A DNA stretch of 20,000 nucleotides from Streptosporangiaceae bacterium (GTDB lineage Bacteria > Actinomycetota > Actinomycetes > Streptosporangiales > Streptosporangiaceae), in assembly GCA_019239975.1 (NCBI GenBank), contig JAFAZE010000175.1, positions 1-20,000 on the forward strand, given 5' to 3'. This document shows positions 8,623-15,900 of the stretch, piece after piece (the first letter of the stretch is position 1; every line of letters begins with the position of its first letter). Under the pieces are notes generated by a model that saw only the letters and a list, made by a program, of their open reading frames with translations, was not told where the DNA came from and did no database searches. Made by a program: the position numbers and the translations under genes.

Positions 8623-9600
8623 TCATGGCCGGCCCACCGCGCAACCGGGACCGCAGCGGCGGAGCGTGGCCTGCGCCCAGCCGCGCCGGCCCAGCACGGC
8701 GGCGATCTGGCTGGCGCAGCCGCACCGGCCCGTGGTGACATCTGCCCAGCCGTAGCGCAGCGTCCGGGTGTCATCGGCGGCGAGGTTCGCGTTGTCGCGC
8801 CGGCTGTCGTGCCATCGCCGCTCGGGCGGATGGCTTGCCTGCCCGTCGAGTTCCACGCAGAGCCGGTACTTTTCGTAGTAATTGTCCAGATAAATACTTT
8901 TCGTCCCAGGCCGCCGCCGTACCTGACGACGGGCCGCGGGCAGCCCGTGAGCACGCTCCACACCATGGACGTACCGCCGTTCCAGAGCGGAGTTGATGCC
9001 TTCGGCGGCGTCGTCGAGCGCGCCGTCCAGCCACGCGCGCCGCCGGATCTTCTTGCGGGCGGCGAGCGCCTCGCGCAGGGACTCGGCGGTCGTGAGCTGT
9101 CGGCCGGTCGCGCGGGATATCCAGTCGTAGGCGTCATCCAGGGTCCTTGCCGCGGCGGCAAGGTCGAGCACGGTGTCGTCAATCCGGGTCCGGGGCAACC
9201 TCCAGTCCGGCTGCGGATCCGGCGCGACCCAGCGTGACCTGTGCACAACCACGCCTGGGAGCTTGCCGTACCTGGCGGGGTTACGCTCGACCGGCACCGT
9301 GACGTGAATCTGTGCGCTGGGCCTGTCCGCGAGGCCCTGTATCTCCGCGGCCGTCTGATGACTCAAGACCGCCCCAGGCCCCGCCCGCCGCACCGCGGCC
9401 CACAGCACCGCGTCGCGGGGCGGCTCGCCACTGAACGTCGCGTAGACCCCGCGCTGCATACGCTGCCATTTCCCGGAACGGAACCGTCGCTTGATTGCTT
9501 CCGCTGAGATGCCTTTGCGAACCGCCTGCTGCCGTCCAGCGACCCCGCTCTGGTACCCGATCAGCTCCGGCCACCCGTACCGGGGGTTACCGTCTTCCAT
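8623..9600 (-). CDS. Orphan AbiEi_4-like winged-helix N-terminal domain fused to a DUF559 (Vsr/restriction-endonuclease-fold) C-terminal domain
   Basis: The translation from ATG (9600-9598) starts 'MEDGNPRYGWPELIGYQSGVAGRQQAVRKGISAEAIKRRFRSGKWQRMQRGVYATFSG...AVLSHQTAAEIQGL', which is the AbiEi_4-type pattern. The C-terminus 'IYLDNYYEKYRLCVELDGQASHPPERRWHDSRRDNANLAADDTRTLRYGWADV' matches the DUF559 D...E-x-DG...D-x-x-R...L-R pattern. The track ORF extends to 9933, but that extension runs through the hairpins and the fbiB 3' end and is rejected. The stop lies only 7 bp from the convergent fbiC stop. Confidence 0.8.
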   Translation of the reverse strand: MEDGNPRYGWPELIGYQSGVAGRQQAVRKGISAEAIKRRFRSGKWQRMQRGVYATFSGEPPRDAVLWAAVRRAGPGAVLSHQTAAEIQGLADRPSAQIHVTVPVERNPARYGKLPGVVVHRSRWVAPDPQPDWRLPRTRIDDTVLDLAAAARTLDDAYDWISRATGRQLTTAESLREALAARKKIRRRAWLDGALDDAAEGINSALERRYVHGVERAHGLPAARRQVRRRPGTKSIYLDNYYEKYRLCVELDGQASHPPERRWHDSRRDNANLAADDTRTLRYGWADVTTGRCGCASQIAAVLGRRGWAQATLRRCGPGCAVGRP

Positions 9601-9657
9601 GCCCCTACCATCCGGCACGCCACCGACTTTCCCGCGCGGAAACCCCGCTGACCCCGT

Positions 9658-9705
9658 GATTGCGTGTTGTATGGGTCGGATATCCGACCCATACAACACG
9701 CAATC
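9658..9705. repeat. Perfect 48-bp palindrome (24-bp arms). Candidate operator/promoter element of the AbiEi-like gene, or a second terminator hairpin.
   Basis: GATTGCGTGTTGTATGGGTCGGAT|ATCCGACCCATACAACACGCAATC, verified position by position (9658 pairs with 9705, through 9681 with 9682), has no mismatch. It is relatively AT-rich. It lies 58-105 nt upstream of the ATG at 9600 on the minus strand. Confidence 0.9.
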
Positions 9706-9742
9706 GTTGTGCAAGCCCGCCCAGAGGGCGGGCTTGCACAAC
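9706..9742 (-). terminator. GC-rich hairpin (17-bp stem, 3-nt loop). Probable intrinsic terminator of the fbiA-fbiB operon.
   Basis: GTTGTGCAAGCCCGCCC-AGA-GGGCGGGCTTGCACAAC. It begins 31 nt downstream of the fbiB stop (9774-9776, minus strand). It directly abuts the 48-bp palindrome. Confidence 0.6.
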
Positions 9743-9773
9743 CCGCGCACGGACAGCGCCCGAACGGGCGCAG

Positions 9774-11282
9774 TCACCGCACCAGCGTGAACTCCTTCAC
9801 CTCCCGCCCCGGCCGGGGGCGGGGGGATTCCGCGGGGTGGCCGACGGCGATGGCGCCCATGGGCTGCCAGCCCGCGGGCAGGTCCATCGCCCGCGCGGCG
9901 ACATCCTGGCAGAACAGGGTGGACGATATCCACGCGGAGCCCAGCCCTTCGACCGCCAGCGCGATCAGCAGGTTCTGCACGGCTGCCCCCATCGACACCA
10001 CGAACATGTCCCGCTCCGCCCGGGAGCGCCGCTCGTCGGGATAGCTGTGCGCGGCCGAGGTCTCCAGGCAGGGCACCACGATGAGCGGCGCCTTGCGCAG
10101 CGCCTCACCGCGGCGGGTCCGGCGCGCGATCTGCTCCTCGGTGAAGCCGCCGCGGCGCAGGTCCGCGATCCACGCCTGGAGCATCGCGTCGAGCAGCGCC
10201 GACCGGGCCGCCGGCGACGAGAGGATGACGAAACGCCAGGGCTCGCTGTGATGCGGCGCCGGGGCGGTGAGGGCGGTCGCGATCGCACGCCGGACGGCGC
10301 CGGCGTCCACCGGCTGGCCCGTGAACGACCGGATCGTGCGGCGTGCCAGCGGCACGTCGGCCGACCCGAGCCGGAACATGTCCTCGCCGGCCGGCCTGAT
10401 CAGCGCCCGTGCACCCGGGCCGTCACCGTCGGTCACGAACTCCGCGAGGCCGCGCACGACGGCGACCGGGATCTGCCGCGTCTTGCCCTTCACCAGGTCG
10501 GCGGCGGCGGCGATCTCGTCGGCGACCGCGGCGACGGTGACCTCCAGCGTGTTGCCGAAGCTGTCGGTCTCACCCCGGTGGTCGCGCGCGGGCACGACGC
10601 CCGCGGCGCCGATGGCCGCGTCGGTCTGCCCGGCCCGCCACGGCCGGCCCATGGTGTCGGTGATGACGACGCCGACGGTCACGCCGGCCCGGTCGCGCAG
10701 CGCCTTCCGGAGCCGCCGGGCGGATTCGTCGGGGTCCTCGGGCAGCAGCACCACCGTGCCGGGCGCCGTGTTGGACGCGTCCACCCCGGCCGCCGCGAGC
10801 ACCAGGCCATGCCGCGTCTGCGCGATCGTCGTGTCGCCGCGGCTGGCGACCACGCGCACCGTCTCGGCCTCGATCGCCTGCTCGCGGGGCAGCGCGGAGA
10901 TCCTGCCCTCCGCCTTGCTGACCACCTTCGAGGTGACGACGACGATGTCGCCGTCACGCAAGCTGGGCGCGCTGCCTCCTCCGGCCGCGTCCAGGGGGAC
11001 GGTCTCCCCCGCGGAGCGGGGGGCCAGGGGGGCCCGCGGGGATGGCGTCCCCCCCGGCGGAGCGCCACCCGGGGGCGGCCCACCGGGGGCGAGCACGCTC
11101 GCCAGCAGCGCCGGCAGGTCGCTGCCGGGGCCGATCTCGGGCAGCCCGGTCACGGCGGTGACGGTGATCACCGGCGCTGTCAGGGCGGCTGGGGGGATGG
11201 CTGGGGCAGCGGGACGGGCCGCGGCGGCCGGAGGGGTTTCCGGCGCAGTTGACGGAACGGAGGCGGCATCTTCTGGTGTCAC
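9774..11282 (-). CDS. fbiB: Bifunctional FbiB: F420-0:gamma-glutamyl ligase (CofE-like N-domain) plus nitroreductase-fold dehydro-F420-0 reductase C-domain
   Basis: N-domain blocks include '[20 protein letters not shown]', '[13 protein letters not shown]', '[24 protein letters not shown]' and '[15 protein letters not shown]'. C-domain blocks include '[12 protein letters not shown]', '[16 protein letters not shown]' and '[25 protein letters not shown]'. The GTG start (11282-11280) overlaps the fbiA TGA stop in a GTGA junction. The N-terminal 37 aa and an internal ~41-aa stretch are P/G/A low-complexity. Confidence 0.9.
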   Translation of the reverse strand: MTPEDAASVPSTAPETPPAAAARPAAPAIPPAALTAPVITVTAVTGLPEIGPGSDLPALLASVLAPGGPPPGGAPPGGTPSPRAPLAPRSAGETVPLDAAGGGSAPSLRDGDIVVVTSKVVSKAEGRISALPREQAIEAETVRVVASRGDTTIAQTRHGLVLAAAGVDASNTAPGTVVLLPEDPDESARRLRKALRDRAGVTVGVVITDTMGRPWRAGQTDAAIGAAGVVPARDHRGETDSFGNTLEVTVAAVADEIAAAADLVKGKTRQIPVAVVRGLAEFVTDGDGPGARALIRPAGEDMFRLGSADVPLARRTIRSFTGQPVDAGAVRRAIATALTAPAPHHSEPWRFVILSSPAARSALLDAMLQAWIADLRRGGFTEEQIARRTRRGEALRKAPLIVVPCLETSAAHSYPDERRSRAERDMFVVSMGAAVQNLLIALAVEGLGSAWISSTLFCQDVAARAMDLPAGWQPMGAIAVGHPAESPRPRPGREVKEFTLVR

Positions 11283-12223
11283 GCCAGCTCCTTAGCCAGG
11301 TCGACCGCGGCGCGGGCGATCGCCGTGGTGGTAGCCAGGTCCCGCATGTAGAGCGGAAGGGCGCGGACCACGATCCCGCCGAGCGCCGGGTCGTCGGCCG
11401 CCGCCTTGTCCTGGTCGTCCACCAGCCAGCCGCTGATCAGGCCGGAGCCGTAGTGCGCGGCGACGGCCGAGGCGGACGTCTCGACGCCGATCGCGGTGAG
11501 GCAGGCGTCGGCCATCCCGCGGACCGGCGCGCCGCCGATGATCGGGGACACGCCGACCACGGTGCGGGCGGCGACGGCCTCCCTGATGCCGGGCACGGAC
11601 AGGATGGTGCCGATGGACACCACCGGGTTCGACGGCGGGAACAGCACGAAGTCGGCGGCGGCGATCGCGTCGAGCACTCCGGGCCCCGGGGCCGCGTCTT
11701 CGGCTCCCACCGCGGTGATGGCCAGCGCCGGTACCTCCGCGTGCAGCCGGACCCACCATTCCTGAAAGTGCACCAGCGCCCGTTCGGAACCCTGAATTTC
11801 AGCATGTGTCTCGACGGGGTCGTCGGACATCGGCAGCAACCGCACGCCCGGCTGCCAGCGGCGGCAGAGCTCCTCGGTGACCGCGGACAGCGGGCGCCCC
11901 TCCGCGAGCAGCTTGCTGCGCAGGATGTGCGTGGCGAAGTCGCGGTCGCCCAGCGTGAACCACGCCGGGCTGGCCCCGTAGGCGGCGAGTTCCTCTCGCA
12001 CGCTGAACGTCTCGCCCGCCCGTCCCCAGCCCTGGTCCTCGTTGATGCCGCCGCCGAGCGTGTACATCACCGTGTCGAGATCAGGACAGACGCGAAGGCC
12101 GAACAGCGTGATGTCGTCGCCCGTGTTGCCGATGACGGTGATCTGGGCTTCGGGCACGGCCGATTTGAGGCCGCGCAGGAAGCGGGCGGCGCCGACGCCC
12201 CCCGCGAGCACGGTGATCCGCAT
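11279..12223 (-). CDS. fbiA: 2-phospho-L-lactate (phosphoenolpyruvyl) transferase FbiA/CofD
   Basis: The translation from ATG (12223-12221) starts '[19 protein letters not shown]...[30 protein letters not shown]...[13 protein letters not shown]...[16 protein letters not shown]', the canonical CofD pattern. The track's 32-codon N-terminal extension to 12319 is not seen in homologues I recall. Confidence 0.9.
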   Translation of the reverse strand: MRITVLAGGVGAARFLRGLKSAVPEAQITVIGNTGDDITLFGLRVCPDLDTVMYTLGGGINEDQGWGRAGETFSVREELAAYGASPAWFTLGDRDFATHILRSKLLAEGRPLSAVTEELCRRWQPGVRLLPMSDDPVETHAEIQGSERALVHFQEWWVRLHAEVPALAITAVGAEDAAPGPGVLDAIAAADFVLFPPSNPVVSIGTILSVPGIREAVAARTVVGVSPIIGGAPVRGMADACLTAIGVETSASAVAAHYGSGLISGWLVDDQDKAAADDPALGGIVVRALPLYMRDLATTTAIARAAVDLAKELA

Positions 12224-12413
12224 GCCGACAGTGTCGCAGGTACCGGTCCGGGCGCCACATCGCGGGGTGATGCGCCGCGCCCGGCGTTCCCCGGCCCGGA
12301 ACGCTTCGTAGTTATCCACTTACCCAAAGTCAGAACCGGCCGCCGCCGCCGGAATTTTTAGGTGACTTACCTCGCATTGTGGACAACCGGGCGGCCAATA
12401 CCACCTTCCTGGC

Positions 12414-12443
12414 TTGACGTGAAGCAAGACACGCGGGTGTAAT
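12414..12443 (+). promoter_or_regulatory. Putative housekeeping-sigma-type promoter for whiB
   Basis: TTGACG (12414-12419), 18 nt of spacer, then TGTAAT (12438-12443). It sits in an AT-enriched part of the 290-bp fbiA/whiB divergent intergenic region, about 70 nt upstream of the whiB start. The call rests on pattern match only. Confidence 0.3.
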
Positions 12444-12513
12444 TTCATTGGTGTGATTCACGCCGGCCAGGGTACGCGTGGATCGAGGGGGCTCCGAGAT
12501 GGGAGGATGCACT

Positions 12514-12789
12514 TTGACTGAGGTCATCGTCCCGCTAGCACACGTCGTCGTCGGTCCAGAGGAAGCTGATGACCTGGGCTGGCAGGACCGTGCACTGTGT
12601 GCGCAGACAGATCCGGAGGCGTTCTTCCCCGAGAAGGGCGGCTCCACCCGGGAGGCCAAGCGCGTCTGCCGGAGCTGTGAGGTCCAGGCGGAGTGCCTGG
12701 AGTACGCGCTGGAACACGATGAGCGGTTCGGGATCTGGGGCGGCATGTCTGAGCGGGAACGCCGGCGCGTCAAGCGTCAGGCGGGATAG
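12514..12789 (+). CDS. whiB: WhiB-family [4Fe-4S] transcription factor, orthologue of Streptomyces WhiB / mycobacterial WhiB2
   Basis: 'LGWQDRALCAQTDPEAFFPEKGGSTREAKRVCRSCEVQAECLEYALEHDERFGIWGGMSERERRRVKRQ' carries four Cys (C-x(n)-C-x2-C-x5-C), the G-[IV]-W-G-G turn and a basic tail. It closely matches the WhiB/WhiB2 core. It lies divergent from fbiA, as in M. tuberculosis (whiB2 Rv3260c next to fbiA Rv3261). The preferred start is TTG 12514, 7 nt after GGAGG (12502-12506), giving 'MTEVIV...'. In-frame alternatives are ATG 12499 and GTG 12478. Confidence 0.9.
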   Translation: MTEVIVPLAHVVVGPEEADDLGWQDRALCAQTDPEAFFPEKGGSTREAKRVCRSCEVQAECLEYALEHDERFGIWGGMSERERRRVKRQAG

Positions 12790-12974
12790 GTCGCGCTCCG
12801 GCGAAGCGAGCCGAGAGGCGCAGCGCTGGCGGCTACGGAGCGTGAGTGCGCGCCGGGCAAGTAGCGGTAATCCTGCCGTGGCGGCCGTGCACCTGTATTG
12901 TTCACGCTACCTGTGCACGGTGGCCTGAACGAGCGTGCGGCCGCCGCGCGAGGGTACTGTCCCGCTCCTTACCT

Positions 12975-15900
12975 GTGCCTGGGCCCTTGTCACCTACGTC
13001 GCCGCAACCTCGCCACATCGTCACCGCGGTTATTGTCGCGCACGACGGTTCCCGATTGCTGCCCGGGCTCGTTCAGGCGCTCGGCGCGCAGACCTACCCG
13101 GTTCACCGCGTCGTGGGCGTGGACACCGGCAGCAGGGACCGCAGCGGCGCGGTCCTCGCCGAGCTGATCGGGCAGGACGCCGTGTTCGGGATGGACCGCG
13201 ACACCGGCTTCGGCGCCGCCGTGGCCATGGCGCTGGGCCAGGGCACGTCACGGCGGCTGAGCCCGGAGCGGCACCAGCGGGAGTGGGTCTGGCTGCTGCA
13301 CGATGACTGCGAGCCCGCCCCGGGCGCGCTGGAGCGGCTGCTCAGCGCCGCGAGCCGGGACGGCTCGGCCGCCGTGCTCGGGCCGAAGGTTCTCGACTGG
13401 GCCGACCGGCGTGTGCTGCGCGAGGCCGGCATCTCGGTCGACCGTGCGGGGCGCCGCGTCACCGGGATCGAGCCGGGGGAGATCGACCAGGGCCAGCACG
13501 ACGGGAACCGTGGCGTTCTCGCCGTCAGCTCCGTGGGCATGCTGGTCCGGCGCGAGGTGTGGGAGCGAGTGGGCGGGTTCGATCCGTGGCTTCCGCTGTT
13601 CCGGGATGACCTGGACTTCTGCTGGCGCGTTCACGGGGCCGGCCAGCGAGTACAGGTCATCACCAGCGCCGTCGTGTACCACCGGGAACTGGCGGCCAGG
13701 CAGGTCAGGGCCATCGAGGGCGGCCGCCCCCGGCGGCTTGACCGCCGCAACGCGCTGTACGTGCTCGCGGTCAACCTTCCCGTCATCGCGATGGCGCGCA
13801 TCCTGGCCGGGTGCATCGCCGGGTCGCTGCTGCGTGCCGCCTACTTCCTGCTGACCAAGCAGCCGGACAGGGCGTGGGACCACCTTGGCGCCCTGGGCGG
13901 GGTCCTCGGCCATCCGGGGCGGTTGTGGCGTGCACGGCGGCGCCGTGCCGCCGGCCGCAGGCAGGCGTACAACGCCGTCCGCATGTACATCCGGCCCGGG
14001 CGGACGGTGGCGCGGCTCGCCGAGCAGGTTGCCGGGCTGCTGTCCAGCGGCCCGCCGCGGGCGTCCGGCGGCCTGCACCAGGCCTCGGAGGAACCCGAAG
14101 ACGAGCAGTTCATAGAGTCGCAGTCGCTGGTGCGGCGGGTGCTGGCGAATCGCTGCGTCCAGCTCTGCGCCGCGCTCGTGGTGATCGCCCTGGTCGCCGA
14201 GCGGCGGCTGCTCGGGTCCGGCCCGCTTGGCGGCGGCGCGCTCGTGCCCGCGTGGGGAGGCGCTTCGGGTCTGTGGCGCGAGTACCTGGCCGGCTATCAC
14301 AGCGCCGGCGCCGGCTCGGCCGCCAGCGCCCCGCCCTACCTGGCCGTTGTCGCGGCGTGCGCGACGCTGCTCGGCGGCAAGCCATGGCTTGCCGCCGAGG
14401 TGCTGCTGCTCGGCTGTGTCCCCGGCGCGGGGCTCACGGCGTACCTGGCGACGCGGCGCATCACGACCGTCACCGCGGCCAGGGTCTGGATGGCCGCGTC
14501 GTATGCGCTGCTTCCGGTCGCGATGGGCGCGATAGCCGCCGGGCGCCTCGGCACCGCCGTCGCGTTCATGCTCATACCGCTCATCGGGATGGCGGCCGGG
14601 CGGATGCTCACCGGCGCGCCGCGCGCCGCGCGCCGCGCCGCCTGGGCGGTGGCGCTGCTGGTGGCCGTCGCCGCCGCGTTCGTTCCGCTGCTGTGGCCGC
14701 TCGCCGCGGTGTTCGCGGCCGGTGCCGCCGCCCGGCGCCGGGGCGGCCCGCTTCCGGTGGTGAACGCCGCCATCGTCGCCGTGGTGCCCGGCGTACTGCT
14801 TCTGCCGTGGACCGTACACCTCCTGTCGAGCCCGTCGGCCTTCCTGCTCGAGGCCGGGGTGCAGCGCGCGGGCCTGGCGACCACGGACCTGAGAGCGGGC
14901 TCGCTGCTGCTGCTCAGCCCGGGCGGCCCGGGACTGCCGCCGGTGTGGGTCACCGCGGGGCTCGGCCTCGCGCTGGCCGCGACGCTGCTTCCGCACCGGC
15001 GCGCACCGCTGGTGCTCACCGGGTGGTGCGTGGCGCTGGGCGGGCTCGCCGCCGCGGTCGCGGTCAGCCGCGCCAGCGTCACGCCGGTGCAGGGCGGCGC
15101 GCCGGTCAGCGCGTGGCCGGGCGCCGCGCTCGCGGTCACCGCGGCCGGCCTGCTCGCTGCCGCCGCGCCGGCCGCGGAATGGCTGGCCCGGATGGCCGGC
15201 GTCCGGCCGGCCGGCCCGGCATCCGCGCGGGGCGCTGGCGGCCAGGAGGCGCGGGAGGGCATCGCGGAGGCGGCCGAGGCGGACGGCGGCCCGGCGGCCG
15301 CCCGCGGGTTCCGCCGGGCCGCGGCCGTTACCGCGCTGGCCGCCGCGGCGACCGCTCCCGTTCTCGCGGCCGTCTACTGGGTCGGCGGCGGCGTCCGCGG
15401 CCCGGTCGCGCCGGTCGCGTCACCGGTGCTGCCCGCCTTCGTGTCGGCGTCCTCCGGAGCCCCCGGCTGGGCCCGGACGCTGGTGCTGCGGCGGGATGAC
15501 GGCGAGGTCACATATTTCGTCGCGCGGCAGGGTGACCCGGCGCTCGGCGATCCCGAGCTCACCGAGCCGGCGGCCACGCGTGACGCGCTCAGCCGTACGG
15601 TCGCGTCGCTGGCCGCGACGGACAGCGCCGACGCCGGAGACCCCGGGCAGCTCCTCAGCGGCTTCGCGATCAAATGGGTCCTGCTGCCCGGCCCGGTGGA
15701 CCCGGGGCTCGCGCAGCAGCTCGACGGGGCCGCCGGGCTGGTTTCGCTGAGCAAGTCGGCGGCTTACGACCTCTGGGAGGTGGCGGGCCCGGTGGCCCGC
15801 GCACGCGTTGTCAGCCCGGACGGAACGGTCGTGACGCTGCCCTCCGGCCAGGTCACGCTGGCCGGCGACAGCGCGCCGCGGGCGGGCGGCACCCTGCTGC

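Noticed and set aside
5526-9248. Long minus-strand ORFs 5526..7274 and 7386..9248, and plus-strand 6044..7123 and 7766..8362, within fbiC and the DUF559 gene
   Set aside because: They are out-of-frame or antisense to an unambiguous FbiC with two radical-SAM motifs. The translations are low-complexity R/G/P/A.
4569-9699. A shared 11-mer CCCATACAACA next to the 46-bp palindrome (about 4570-4580) and inside the 48-bp palindrome (about 9688-9698), hinting that the two palindromes are related
   Set aside because: Dozens of chance 11-mer matches are expected among all position pairs in a 20-kb window. The palindrome arms themselves are otherwise unrelated.
9601-9933. The 111-codon N-terminal extension of the DUF559 ORF (track start 9933)
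   Set aside because: It would read through both hairpins and overlap the 3' end of fbiB. The homologous AbiEi-like region begins just after the internal ATG at 9600.
9660-12361. Plus-strand ORFs 9660..11252 (530 aa), 10267..11295 (342 aa) and 11249..12361 (370 aa)
   Set aside because: They are antisense to the clearly identifiable fbiB and fbiA and show no motifs. ORF 9660..11252 would also start inside the 48-bp palindrome.
12228-12432. GACAC pentamers (WhiA-type binding motif) at 12231-12235 (minus) and 12428-12432 (plus) in the fbiA/whiB spacer
   Set aside because: A 5-mer is expected dozens of times by chance in 20 kb on two strands. Its presence here carries no statistical weight without ChIP or conservation data.
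12846-12974. The longer N-terminus of the GT2 protein starting at GTG 12846 (has GGAG 5 nt upstream)
   Set aside because: The 43 extra codons are rich in codons that are rare here (GTA x3, ATT, GTT, TTA, TGT x2, GAA, CGA). They encode a Cys/Arg-rich peptide unlike homologue N-termini. It is kept only as an alternative start.
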